Part shown: positions 1-9,632 of the stretch, one piece after another
Numbering within the stretch: the first letter of the stretch is position 1
Layout: every line of letters begins with the position of its first letter
Virus record (IMG/VR): IMGVR_UViG_3300031521_000040
Span: 1 to 64,000 of that record
Reading direction: 5' to 3' (one strand)
DNA from: a virus
DNA: 64,000 nt
The notes under the pieces: generated by a model
Told to the model about the DNA's origin: nothing
What the model saw: the letters and a program-made list of their open reading frames with translations, nothing else
The model's database searches: none
Made by a program: the position numbers and the translations under genes

Positions 1-172
1 ATATTATCAATATGAATATAGTATCCCCTTTATGTCAAGCTTTGGTTGGAGTCGAAGAATTCAATCACAAGTCTTGTAAGTTTGTTCTTTGGTTCGGAGA
101 ACTGAAGAAAGAAGATAAGCGATTGATTGCTCTGTCTGAAGGACAGTCCGCTAAGTTTAGCGAAAACTTCGT

Positions 173-204
173 CAAAGTTACAAGGTTTAAACTTAGCAAT
201 CAAG
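173..204 (-). promoter_or_regulatory. Bacteroidota-type sigma70 promoter
   Basis: minus strand CTTG-N20-TAACTTTG, close to the TTTG/TAnnTTTG consensus. Confidence 0.45.
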
Positions 205-287
205 TGTTTTTAGAAATTTACTAAAAAATTTAACATTTATTAACATTTGATAATTTATAAACACTTGATTATTAGCTAATTAATTTC

Positions 288-2810
288 TTAACTACTTTTA
301 CCATTTCTCGCATCAACTTGTTTTTGAATAATGGTATTTGCTTTTAATGTTTTTTGCATAAACTTTTGACCATCGATTTCTAATGTAATATTGCTATACA
401 TATCGACCTTATTGTTAGCAAATTCAACTTTTAATGGATTTTTAAGTATATTAGCTAGATCAGCTAACATGCCACCACCTTTAGTGTTAACCCTTGATAT
501 TGACTCAACAGCATTTTGAACTGCAATAAAATCTTCTTTATTACCAGACATTACTGCATTTATATATTTAAAGGCTTCACCAACTTTTGTTAAATTGTCT
601 GCATGACTTCCTATTATTGTTAATGTTTTACTTAATGATGCAAATCCACCTAACATACCACCTAAAAATCCTATAGTACCAGTTGTTGCCATCGCAAGAT
701 TTAATGCTCCAATACCAACGGCTACCTGAGCTAATCCCCAGCCAGCACCTTTACTTGAATTAACCAATGTTGATAATCCTTCACTCATTTTACCAATACC
801 CCAAGCAGCAGCACCAATTCCAACACCAACACCTACTGCCACTAAACCTAAAGCAGCAAGCCCGGGTGCTGTTACTTCAGCAGCAGCACCGAGTGATATT
901 AATGGTATTGTTGCGATAGCCATTGCACCACCTAATGCTAATATTGTGAATGGTAATGCAGTAAGTTGTGTTGCATCTAATTTTGCCATGGCATCTGCAA
1001 GTTTGCTAACACCAATAGCTGCGACACCTAAACCAGCACCTATACCAACAGCAGCAGCACCTATACCAGCACCTTTGCCTAGGCTTCTCATCCCTTGTCC
1101 TCTTGCTAGTTCAGGAGCACCTTTTCTAATTGCACCTTTTGCTGTGTAAGCACTTCCAACTTGACCAGCAGCTATTCCACCGCCAGCACCAGCTGCATTA
1201 CTAACACCACCACCCATGCCGACACTTCTTACTAGTTTATCAGCACTAAAATTTAGCATTTTACCTACAGCTCTCCATGCAACAGCACCTGCTAATAATG
1301 TTACTGCTGCAACAGCAATTCCACCCCAACCATTATCTGAAAGTTTGCTAAACCATTTTGTTAAATTTAAAATCGGTGTTAGCATAGCATTAACTCCTCT
1401 TAATAATGGTAATAATGTTGCTTTTAGCGTCTCAACCATTGCCTTAAATGCATCTTCAAAAGTTAAAGCTAATTTTGCACGTTCTTCTAATGTAACCTGT
1501 TCTTTAACGAATGATTCTGCCTGTTCTTTTGTTAATGTTGAGATATCTCTCATTTGACCAGCTAATTTCACTTGAAATTTACCTGATTTAGAATCAAATG
1601 TAGCAGCACCCTCAACTAATTCTTTTTCTCTACCAGTTAAACCACTTCCAGCTAGTTCTTTATTCATTTTATCTAAACCAGCACGTCTTTGAGCTATTTC
1701 AGTCATTGCCTCAACACTAATTCCTAACGAATTTGCAACACTTTCAAGTCTTTGTCTGTCTGCTGGACTTATGAATTTTTCAAATGTACCATTACTCATT
1801 TTTCTAAATGTAACAATACCTCTAGTCATTTCAGATATTTTAGCATTTAATTTATCTGGTTCATTACGAGCTAAATACATCCATTCAAACGGGTCTGTTT
1901 TAGCAAATTCACCACCCATTACTTGTAAATTGGCAGCAAGATTAATTGCTTTTTCTAATCCCTTAGCAGCATCAGCAGCACTAAGAGCATCTTTCATATC
2001 AACTTTAAATTTTTCAGCACTCATTGCCATTTCGCCAATGCCCTTACTACCTGCTTTGAAACTATATGTATTTAATTTTTTAAAATTATCATTAATACCT
2101 TTTAATACTCTAGTTGGACTAACGCCTAATTTTTCTGATATATCTACAATATTTTGTACAAATTCTGATGTTCTTCTAGCATCAATTCCCATAAATTCAT
2201 ATTGTGCTGCTAATTTGGTTGCTTGTTCTATACCAATACCAGTACCTTTGCCGATTAATAATATATCTTTAACCATTTCTTCAGATAATGCACGTGCTCT
2301 ACCTGTTTCATCAGCAAATCCTTCTTGTATTAATGATATATCCTTTAACGTACCACCAAGCATGGTAGCGAAACTAGCACTTTTCTCAAACGATACTCGC
2401 ATCATGTCGGCTTTAGTGCCTGACATTCCTAAATTAAGAATTGTTGACTTTATTACCTTATCTTGTTCCTGTAAATATTTCCAACCTGTTTTTAAGTCCT
2501 GACCTATTTGAGCAAGAAGGTCATGACCTATTTTTCTTTGTACATTAATTTTCTTTTCAGCTTCTAATTGATCAGCTAAGTCTTTTTTTAAACTAATTAA
2601 TAATTTTTTTTCATCATCACCTAATACAGCGAAATTTTTTTTTAGCTCATTTATAAGTCTTTGATTTTCAAGATTAGTTTCTTGTTGTCTTGCTCTTTCA
2701 GCTTCAACCTGACCGATTTGATTATTAATTATTAATTCTTCTCTAAGAAAATCAGTATACTTCTTAGAATCGATAAGCATTTGTTTTATATCTTCTAAAC
2801 TAGCAGCCAT
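288..2810 (-). CDS. tape measure protein
   Basis: 840 aa helical Ala/Gly-rich protein with hydrophobic C-terminal segments, directly downstream of the tail-assembly chaperone pair. Confidence 0.8.
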   Translation of the reverse strand: MAASLEDIKQMLIDSKKYTDFLREELIINNQIGQVEAERARQQETNLENQRLINELKKNFAVLGDDEKKLLISLKKDLADQLEAEKKINVQRKIGHDLLAQIGQDLKTGWKYLQEQDKVIKSTILNLGMSGTKADMMRVSFEKSASFATMLGGTLKDISLIQEGFADETGRARALSEEMVKDILLIGKGTGIGIEQATKLAAQYEFMGIDARRTSEFVQNIVDISEKLGVSPTRVLKGINDNFKKLNTYSFKAGSKGIGEMAMSAEKFKVDMKDALSAADAAKGLEKAINLAANLQVMGGEFAKTDPFEWMYLARNEPDKLNAKISEMTRGIVTFRKMSNGTFEKFISPADRQRLESVANSLGISVEAMTEIAQRRAGLDKMNKELAGSGLTGREKELVEGAATFDSKSGKFQVKLAGQMRDISTLTKEQAESFVKEQVTLEERAKLALTFEDAFKAMVETLKATLLPLLRGVNAMLTPILNLTKWFSKLSDNGWGGIAVAAVTLLAGAVAWRAVGKMLNFSADKLVRSVGMGGGVSNAAGAGGGIAAGQVGSAYTAKGAIRKGAPELARGQGMRSLGKGAGIGAAAVGIGAGLGVAAIGVSKLADAMAKLDATQLTALPFTILALGGAMAIATIPLISLGAAAEVTAPGLAALGLVAVGVGVGIGAAAWGIGKMSEGLSTLVNSSKGAGWGLAQVAVGIGALNLAMATTGTIGFLGGMLGGFASLSKTLTIIGSHADNLTKVGEAFKYINAVMSGNKEDFIAVQNAVESISRVNTKGGGMLADLANILKNPLKVEFANNKVDMYSNITLEIDGQKFMQKTLKANTIIQKQVDARNGKSS

Positions 2811-2825
2811 AAAATATTGTTTAGT

Positions 2826-2833
2826 ATAAATAC
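2826..2833 (-). promoter_or_regulatory. putative late promoter GTATTTAT (tape measure)
   Basis: motif 15 nt upstream of ATG 2810; recurs upstream of most structural genes. Confidence 0.7.
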
Positions 2834-2867
2834 AAAAGACCTAGATTTTAATCATCTAAGTCTTTTT
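2834..2867 (-). terminator. intrinsic terminator
   Basis: aaaagacctagat...atctaagtcttttt imperfect inverted repeat with flanking A/T tracts. Confidence 0.55.
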
Positions 2868-2874
2868 ATATTAT

Positions 2875-3036
2875 TTATCGTTTTTTATTAGCCCTCTCTT
2901 GCATTTTTTCGATTTCTTCATTCTCTTTTTGAAGTAGATATAAAAAATGTCGTCTTCTATATACAGGTAAATTTTCTATGTATTCTGCCTGAAATTTAGC
3001 ATGTTTGGTTAAGATATATATTTCTTCATCCACCAT
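2875..3036 (-). CDS. small gp51-like tail/baseplate assembly protein (not in ORF track); probable -1 frameshift extension of the upstream gene
   Basis: translates MVDEEIYILTKHAKFQAEYIENLPVYRRRHFLYLLQKENEEIEKMQERANKKR; frame is open back to the T9 run at 3067-3075. Confidence 0.75.
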   Translation of the reverse strand: MVDEEIYILTKHAKFQAEYIENLPVYRRRHFLYLLQKENEEIEKMQERANKKR

Positions 3037-3053
3037 CTTCTTATATTCACCCG

Positions 3054-3959
3054 TTAGGTGTTGGGGAAAAAAAAATCTATTCCAACAGTTAAACTTGCAA
3101 AAAATTTATATCCATCATTGGCTACAAATTCATATGACATGTTTACATTAGGACTTACATCCGATATTTTTCTACGAATAGTATAGGCATCTAATGCAGG
3201 CATAGCATCAACAAATTTATCAATATATGATCTATCCATATTATCATTAATTGATACAATTGATGCTTTTAATTTTAATGTATTATTTTGGCTAAACTCT
3301 TCACCATAAGCTTCTTGAATTGCTTTAGCTTGGTTATCAATGCTAATATCTTCACCAGATGTTAATAATCTAAAAACAACACTTTTTTTACGCATCGGTA
3401 TCTGAACTAAAAAATGTCCTTTAGCATCTGGAAATTCAGTAAGTTCTTTATATGTTAATCTTAGTAGATCAACCTTAGTTGTAAATGGAATACCGCTTCT
3501 AGGGTCAGTTACTTGTACTGTATAATCAGCGCCATAGCTTGAAGTACGTAGAAATAATAATATTGCATTTCTATCGCCAGCCAACAAATCCTTAATTGCA
3601 ACATTAGGCGTTTTTATTTTTCTTCTTAGTAAAATATCTAAAACAGTACCGTTTTCAATTAGCGATGGTGTAGTTAATAAATCTTCATCTTTGGAAGTCA
3701 TATACTCAACAGCTACTTCCGATATACCATTATTATAGAACAAACCTTTTGATGGTAATTTAATAATTTCATATGAAGTCATTAAATCGGGGTCGGTTTC
3801 CTTGGACATGGTTTTTTCAAAATCGTTTTGATTAAACGGTTGTATTTTAGGAATTGAAGCATTTATTACAGGATTTGATTCAGTTTCGGATTTAGATGCG
3901 TTTTTATAGTTGTTTAATGCATCACCTATTGATTCTTTTTTGGGCGTGTTGTTTTCCAT
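3054..3959 (-). CDS. gp26-like baseplate hub / tail assembly chaperone
   Basis: LPSKGLFY...YMTSKDEDLL...GDRNAILLFLR..SYG motifs; ends in GIDFFFP; upstream of tape measure. Confidence 0.7.
   Translation of the reverse strand: MENNTPKKESIGDALNNYKNASKSETESNPVINASIPKIQPFNQNDFEKTMSKETDPDLMTSYEIIKLPSKGLFYNNGISEVAVEYMTSKDEDLLTTPSLIENGTVLDILLRRKIKTPNVAIKDLLAGDRNAILLFLRTSSYGADYTVQVTDPRSGIPFTTKVDLLRLTYKELTEFPDAKGHFLVQIPMRKKSVVFRLLTSGEDISIDNQAKAIQEAYGEEFSQNNTLKLKASIVSINDNMDRSYIDKFVDAMPALDAYTIRRKISDVSPNVNMSYEFVANDGYKFFASLTVGIDFFFPNT
3066..3075 (-). promoter_or_regulatory. -1 ribosomal frameshift slippery site T TTT TTC
   Basis: GAT TTT TTT TTC CCC AAC ACC TAA; the -1 frame continues for about 64 codons. 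Confidence 0.7.
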
Positions 3960-3985
3960 ATTATTATAAATTTTTATTATTTTTA

Positions 3986-3993
3986 ATAAATAC
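3986..3993 (-). promoter_or_regulatory. putative late promoter GTATTTAT
   Basis: 26 nt upstream of ATG 3959. Confidence 0.65.
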
Positions 3994-4092
3994 TAATAAA
4001 AAAATTTTGTAATAAATCAAGATTTCATAATATATCTCGTATAATGGTATATGAGCAAGATTTTTTAAATAATAAATATAAATATATAAAAT

Positions 4093-4881
4093 ATGGGTCG
4101 AGACAGAATTAAGGAAGAAAAGAATTTTAATGAAATTATGTCAGTAAATAGTGCTACTGAAATATTAAAAATAAAAAGTGAAATAGGCTCATTGTTACCT
4201 AGTGAAGTAAAAATCATGGCAAAAAATGATAGTCAAAAAAAATTGATTAGCTCGATAAAGAACAATGAAATAACAATTTGCGCAGGACCTGCAGGTTCTG
4301 GTAAGACGTTTGTTGCTCAGGCTTATGCACTTAGTTTATTAAAGAATAATAATAATAGGTATAAACGATTATATTTGATAAAATCAGTAACTACTTTAAA
4401 GAATGAAGAATTGGGATATCTTAAGGGTGGCATAAACGAGAAAATAGACCCGTTTATGTGGAGTTTTTATATTAATATGGAAAAAATAATATTTGAATCA
4501 TCCATTAAAACATTAGTGGAAAGAGAAATAATTAGACCATTTCCATTAGCATTTATAAGAGGTTGTAGTTTAGATGATTGTATAATTTTAGCGGATGAAG
4601 TTCAGAACATATCAATGGATAATGCACGTACTTTATTAACAAGAATAGGAAGTAACTGTAAATTAATATTACTTGGTGATATTAAACAAATCGATTTAAA
4701 AAATAAGCATGAAAGTTCATTAGAAAAATTATTGGAAATGTTTGATGGTGTTGAGAATATCGGAACAATTATGATGAGTAGTGAAGATACCAACGTGAGA
4801 AATCCTATCATAACTATAATAGAAGAAAAATATGATGAATATTTAATAAATAATGAAAATAAAAAACATAAACATGAATAA
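4093..4881 (+). CDS. phoH: PhoH-like ATPase
   Basis: GPAGSGKT Walker A, LGYLKG, PLAFIRG, ILADEVQN, LLTRIG, GDIKQIDL, VRNP motifs. Confidence 0.95.
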   Translation: MGRDRIKEEKNFNEIMSVNSATEILKIKSEIGSLLPSEVKIMAKNDSQKKLISSIKNNEITICAGPAGSGKTFVAQAYALSLLKNNNNRYKRLYLIKSVTTLKNEELGYLKGGINEKIDPFMWSFYINMEKIIFESSIKTLVEREIIRPFPLAFIRGCSLDDCIILADEVQNISMDNARTLLTRIGSNCKLILLGDIKQIDLKNKHESSLEKLLEMFDGVENIGTIMMSSEDTNVRNPIITIIEEKYDEYLINNENKKHKHE

Positions 4882-5152
4882 TATATTGGTTATATATATA
4901 GGTGTTGCAGGTATACGTTCTGAAGATATAGCAGAATACGTTGCAAAGGTTACAGCAAAGATTTCACCAACAGTTTTCGAAGGTGAAATTATTGTTATCC
5001 CCGTTCAATCACATGATACTAAAGTAGAATGTATTAATCCTTATTATGTTACTGATATTGATTTAATTAAGGAAAATACAGAAAAATTAAAAAAATTAAA
5101 AGATGAGCTTATATATCAAGCAGGACTATTAAAAATGAAAAACAATGAGTAG
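4874..5152 (+). CDS. hypothetical protein
   Basis: ORF coupled to phoH stop (ATGAATAA overlap) and to the next gene. Confidence 0.7.
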   Translation: MNNILVIYIGVAGIRSEDIAEYVAKVTAKISPTVFEGEIIVIPVQSHDTKVECINPYYVTDIDLIKENTEKLKKLKDELIYQAGLLKMKNNE

Positions 5153-5888
5153 AAAATTAAAAGTAGGTATTGATATTAATGAAGTATTTCGAGCTAAATG
5201 GAGTCAATTTGATAAATTCTATGTTGAAGAATTTGGCGAAGATGGTGTTCCTAAAGAACAGCCATATGTATATGACTTCTTCAATAAATATAAATTTGAA
5301 GATAAGGTTGAAATAACTAAAGAACTTAAAGAACCTGATGAAATGCCTGAAAATATTAATCCTTTGGATTATCAGGTTGACGAAAGATTAAAGGAAGCAC
5401 CAGCTGATGCCTTTTTATTTAAAGCACCTGAGAAGAAAGTGTTATTGGCTAAAGAAGTATATAATCGTTTCATGTATGAAGATTATGTATTTGAAATTCA
5501 TGGTTCAGCACCTGTTATGTATAGAAACATGGAAGTTGTTGTAAATAACTTTAATCAAAAATATACAGATACTGTCAATTTCACATTATTTTCAGTTGAA
5601 AACAGGTTCAGTATTCCATCAACGTTATTTTTCTTAAGTAAAATGGTTAGCAGATTTAAGAACATATCATTTGTTGATAAAGCAGTTGATATGTGGAACG
5701 ATGTTGATGTATTAATGACGACAGACCCTGAACTATTAGAATTGGGCGCACCATGGGGGAAAAAAATGATTAAAATCATAAGACCTTATAATGAGCACAT
5801 TAAAACAAGTGGGTTAGAAGTAATTGACATATCTGATTTAATTGATAACAAATATTTTGAAAAAATAATTAAATATAAAAAACAATAA
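5145..5888 (+). CDS. HAD-superfamily 5'(3')-nucleotidase-like protein
   Basis: N-terminal VGIDINEV motif I variant; C-terminal IKIIRPYN typical of NT5C-like proteins. Confidence 0.6.
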   Translation: MSRKLKVGIDINEVFRAKWSQFDKFYVEEFGEDGVPKEQPYVYDFFNKYKFEDKVEITKELKEPDEMPENINPLDYQVDERLKEAPADAFLFKAPEKKVLLAKEVYNRFMYEDYVFEIHGSAPVMYRNMEVVVNNFNQKYTDTVNFTLFSVENRFSIPSTLFFLSKMVSRFKNISFVDKAVDMWNDVDVLMTTDPELLELGAPWGKKMIKIIRPYNEHIKTSGLEVIDISDLIDNKYFEKIIKYKKQ

Positions 5889-5892
5889 CAAT

Positions 5893-7050
5893 ATGAATGA
5901 AGAAATAAAAACAGCAGTAGAACAAGATAATCTAGATAAGATTAATAAAATCAAAGCATCTTTAGATAAGCTAAAAAATAAAAAATCTAAGTTTATTTTC
6001 TGTGTGCCAGAAGCACAAAGTCCAGCAGCCAGTGTATATGAAATTTATTTTCATGCAACTGTTGTAAAAAACATGGGCTATGAGGTTGTAATGCTCGTTG
6101 AAAGAGGTGATTATGTTCCGCCAGTTTGGATTGAAAGAGAATTGACAAATCATGTACACATATCAATGGCTGAACCAAAGAATCTTATGGTCGGTCCTGA
6201 AGACATTATGATTATTCCTGAAGTTTTCTCAAATGTAATGGAGAAAACATTTAAAGATAAATTACCATGTGTTAGAATTGGTTTATTACAATCAGTTGAT
6301 TATATGGTAAATTCATTAATCCCGGGTATTGATTGGACTGCATTTGGCATTCACGATATTATAACAACATCACCAACATTAAAGGAATGGGTTGAAACAT
6401 ATTATGGTTTAAACAAATATAATATTAAAACATATAATGTTGGAATTCCAGAGTATTTTGAAAAAACAGAAATTCCACAGAAGCCAATCGTTTCAATCAT
6501 GGGAAGAAATGCTAATGAGATATCTAAATTTGTAAAGTTATTCTTTGCTAAATATCCTCAATATTCATGGTTAACCTTTGATCCTATGCTTACCAAAAGC
6601 AAACCAGCTCAATCAATGCGTAGAGTAGATTTTGCTAAGAGATTACAAGGCAACTTTGCTGCAGTTTGGATTGACAGAATTTCATCATTCGGTACATTTC
6701 CACTTGAATGTATGAAATCAGGTGTTATTCCAATCTGTCTTAAACCAGATATTATGCCTGAATTCATGCTTGAAAGAGACGAAGAAGGTAATGTTGTTAA
6801 AGTTGTAGAAGGCGCTGGTGTTTGGACTGATAACTTTTATGATTTGCCTATTTTAATGGGTGACGTATTAATTAAGTTTTTGGATGATAGCGTAACTGAT
6901 GCATTATATGAATCAATGGATAATGTTGTTTCAAGATTTAATCAAGTAGCATCAGAAAAAAGATTATCTGAAATATATCAAGAATATCTCAACGATAGAA
7001 TTAAACTATTTGAATTAGCATTACAACCTAAAGTAGAAGAAGCAAAATAA
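5893..7050 (+). CDS. glycosyltransferase, GT-B fold (GT4-like)
   Basis: DIMIIPE and SFGTFPLECMKSGVIPI (degenerate E-x7-E nucleotide-sugar motif). Confidence 0.75.
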   Translation: MNEEIKTAVEQDNLDKINKIKASLDKLKNKKSKFIFCVPEAQSPAASVYEIYFHATVVKNMGYEVVMLVERGDYVPPVWIERELTNHVHISMAEPKNLMVGPEDIMIIPEVFSNVMEKTFKDKLPCVRIGLLQSVDYMVNSLIPGIDWTAFGIHDIITTSPTLKEWVETYYGLNKYNIKTYNVGIPEYFEKTEIPQKPIVSIMGRNANEISKFVKLFFAKYPQYSWLTFDPMLTKSKPAQSMRRVDFAKRLQGNFAAVWIDRISSFGTFPLECMKSGVIPICLKPDIMPEFMLERDEEGNVVKVVEGAGVWTDNFYDLPILMGDVLIKFLDDSVTDALYESMDNVVSRFNQVASEKRLSEIYQEYLNDRIKLFELALQPKVEEAK

Positions 7051-7073
7051 TAATATATATAAAATATTTAAAT

Positions 7074-7880
7074 ATGAAAAATATTACTGTAATAATTCCA
7101 GTACACGAATTTAATGAAGTTGTTGAGGGCTATTTAGATAAAGCCATTGAGTCTGCGCAAAAACAAGAAAAAGTAACTGAGCAGCCAGAAATAATTATCG
7201 TTCATCCTGAAAATTTAACCGATGTTATGAATGAGCATAGTAAAAAGCATCTTGGTGTGGTTTATGGCGTAAATAAAGGTTTCGCTGACTATCAATCGCA
7301 AGTAAATCATGCTGTTGATCATGTTGATACCGATTATTTCACAGTTTTAGAATTTGACGATGAATTAGGAACTACGTTTATCAAAAACGGTAATCAATAT
7401 ATTAAGGCATATCCAGAAGTAGACGTTTTTCTAACCATGTTAATTGAAGTTAATGAAAAAAACGAAGGAATTAAAATGACCAATGAAACAGTATGGTCTG
7501 AAAACTTCGTAGGTGAAAATGGTGAAATGGGTTATCTTAATGTAAACGCACTTAAACAATATACTGATTTTAAATTGTCTGGTGCAATCATTAAAAAATC
7601 TGAATTTATCAATATTGGTAAATATAAGATTAATATTAAATTAGCATTCATGTATGAATTTATGCTTAGAGCATTGAATAATGCATGTAAAATAATTACG
7701 ATATCTAAAATAGGTTATAAGCATTTAGCAACCAGAGAAGGTAGTTTATTTGATACATATTTGAAGACTATGCCTATGAATGAAAGAAAATTTTGGTTTG
7801 ATACTGCAACGAATGAAGCTAATTTTATGAGTGATAGAACTATTGATATGTCAAGATTGAGTAAACAAATAATAGTCTAA
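7074..7880 (+). CDS. glycosyltransferase family 2 (GT-A fold)
   Basis: ITVIIPVH N-terminus; TDYFTVLEFDD DxD-like motif. Confidence 0.8.
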   Translation: MKNITVIIPVHEFNEVVEGYLDKAIESAQKQEKVTEQPEIIIVHPENLTDVMNEHSKKHLGVVYGVNKGFADYQSQVNHAVDHVDTDYFTVLEFDDELGTTFIKNGNQYIKAYPEVDVFLTMLIEVNEKNEGIKMTNETVWSENFVGENGEMGYLNVNALKQYTDFKLSGAIIKKSEFINIGKYKINIKLAFMYEFMLRALNNACKIITISKIGYKHLATREGSLFDTYLKTMPMNERKFWFDTATNEANFMSDRTIDMSRLSKQIIV

Positions 7881-7910
7881 AAATAACATTAAAATTCATT
7901 TATATGTGGA

Positions 7911-8663
7911 ATGATTGAAAACGAAGATAGTGCACCATATTTTGGAGAAAGAGAGGAAAAGGCTGTTTTAGATTATATTAATTCTGATTCCCAAGAAGAA
8001 AAGAATAGAATATATAATGAAATTCTAATAGAACCTTTTCGTAAAATGAAGGAGTCTATTTTAAGGCGCTACCCTATTCATATCGGAAATTATGATATGG
8101 AGGAAGTTGAATCAAATGCATTAACTCATTTGATTGAACATATGATTAAATTTAATCCAGATAAAATTACTAAATCGGGTAATAAAACAAAAGCTTATAG
8201 TTATTGTCAAACAATAATAAGAAATTATTATAAAGATCATAGCAAAAAAAGTTACATGGAGAAAAAGGTTAATCTATGCTTTGATGATTATGCTGAAGAA
8301 ATTAATGAAAGCCTTGATTATAGTTATGAGATAGAGTTAGAAAGCCAACATCATCTTGAAAAGTTGATTAACGGTGTAATCGCAAAAATAGATAATAAAA
8401 TCAGTTCTGATACATCAATGAAGAAAAATGAAATAATTGTTGGCGATGCAATTATTAATGTGCTAAGAAATTGGCATATACTCTTCATGGAAGATAGTCC
8501 TGATGGTAAGTATAACAAAAGAGTTACTAATAAATTTGCAAAAAACAAAATATTGTTCTTCTTAAAGGAACAAACCGAATTATCTACTAAAGAGATTCGA
8601 ATTGCAATTAAGCCGTTTAAGGAAATATATTTTATTGAAAAATTAAATTACTTAGATGATTAA
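7911..8663 (+). CDS. gp55-like late-transcription sigma factor
   Basis: KFNPDK...KAYSYCQTIIRNY resembles region 2 of T4-type gp55. Confidence 0.6.
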   Translation: MIENEDSAPYFGEREEKAVLDYINSDSQEEKNRIYNEILIEPFRKMKESILRRYPIHIGNYDMEEVESNALTHLIEHMIKFNPDKITKSGNKTKAYSYCQTIIRNYYKDHSKKSYMEKKVNLCFDDYAEEINESLDYSYEIELESQHHLEKLINGVIAKIDNKISSDTSMKKNEIIVGDAIINVLRNWHILFMEDSPDGKYNKRVTNKFAKNKILFFLKEQTELSTKEIRIAIKPFKEIYFIEKLNYLDD

Positions 8664-9192
8664 AGTATATCAAACAATTATTGATAAAGGACATGGCAAC
8701 TGCATGCAAGCTGTAGTTGCCAGCCTTTTAGAACTGCCATTAGAAGAAGTACCTAATTTCATTGAAATTAAGGAAGGTAGTTGGTTTCTTACTATGGAAC
8801 ATATGTTCGATGATCGTGGCTATGATCTTTGTACTATTGGTAGAGGTGGAAATACTGATACTGAAATGTTAAAAAAAATAGCTAAATTTGATGGTGGTGT
8901 TAATGGTTTTCTTTATGCTTCAGTACCATCCATGACTTTTGAAGGCTGTGGTCATGCCGTTATTGTAGATACTGATCTTAACATAGTACATGACCCCAAT
9001 CCCAATCAACTAGCTCTACAGCTTACTGCTGATGATATTGATTCTATAATGGTTTACCATGATATGCGAATTGGTAAAACAGGTAAATGTTTTACTCTTG
9101 AACAATGGGATAATTTATCTATTGAAGAAAAGGATACTAATACTTATAAAACAGTATATGATAAAGATGGAAAGGTTATAGGCAGTATATAA
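8656..9192 (+). CDS. hypothetical protein, possible papain-like Cys-His-Asp fold
   Basis: GNCMQAVVASLL...HAVIV...VHDPNP. Confidence 0.5.
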   Translation: MIKVYQTIIDKGHGNCMQAVVASLLELPLEEVPNFIEIKEGSWFLTMEHMFDDRGYDLCTIGRGGNTDTEMLKKIAKFDGGVNGFLYASVPSMTFEGCGHAVIVDTDLNIVHDPNPNQLALQLTADDIDSIMVYHDMRIGKTGKCFTLEQWDNLSIEEKDTNTYKTVYDKDGKVIGSI

Positions 9193-9208
9193 TAATTTTA
9201 AATAATTA

Positions 9209-9216
9209 GTATTTAT
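9209..9216 (+). promoter_or_regulatory. putative late promoter GTATTTAT
   Basis: 20 nt upstream of ATG 9237, heading the 9237-12481 operon. Confidence 0.65.
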
Positions 9217-9236
9217 ATGTACTAAAACTAATAACA

Positions 9237-9632
9237 ATGGCAAGACCTTTAAGAAGAAAATTAAAATTTGATGAAGAAAGTGTAAATAAGCTATTACAGG
9301 AAGTATATGACGATGCATTTAACATAAAAGCTAAAATAGCCAGACTTTTTACTAAATGGGAAACCAAGATAAAGGAAGGTGGTGAAATTGCTGCAATTGG
9401 TGATCAGGTTATTAAACTTATAGCAGCTGAAGCTAAAAATCAAGATCAAAAAATCATGTTGTTGAAATACTTAAAAGAAGTCGTTTTTGATAATAAAAAT
9501 CCTAACAACATTGATGTTACAACAAAGTCTAATGAAAACGATGGAACTATTAGCTCTGAAAAAAAGAGCGAGTTAATGAACTATGTTCGTGAAGAAGTAG
9601 AACGTGCTGAAAGAGAAAAAAACAATAAATAA
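9237..9632 (+). CDS. hypothetical helical protein
   Basis: 131-aa ORF behind the late motif, coupled to the next gene. Confidence 0.7.
   Translation: MARPLRRKLKFDEESVNKLLQEVYDDAFNIKAKIARLFTKWETKIKEGGEIAAIGDQVIKLIAAEAKNQDQKIMLLKYLKEVVFDNKNPNNIDVTTKSNENDGTISSEKKSELMNYVREEVERAEREKNNK

Noticed and set aside
12-224. 70-aa plus-strand ORF as a real gene
   Set aside because: No recognisable motif; it coincides with an inverted-repeat-rich element and an opposing promoter.
946-2502. Antisense ORFs within the tape measure gene, and similar shadow ORFs inside other long genes
   Set aside because: Fully nested opposite well-supported genes; typical codon-bias shadows with no motifs.
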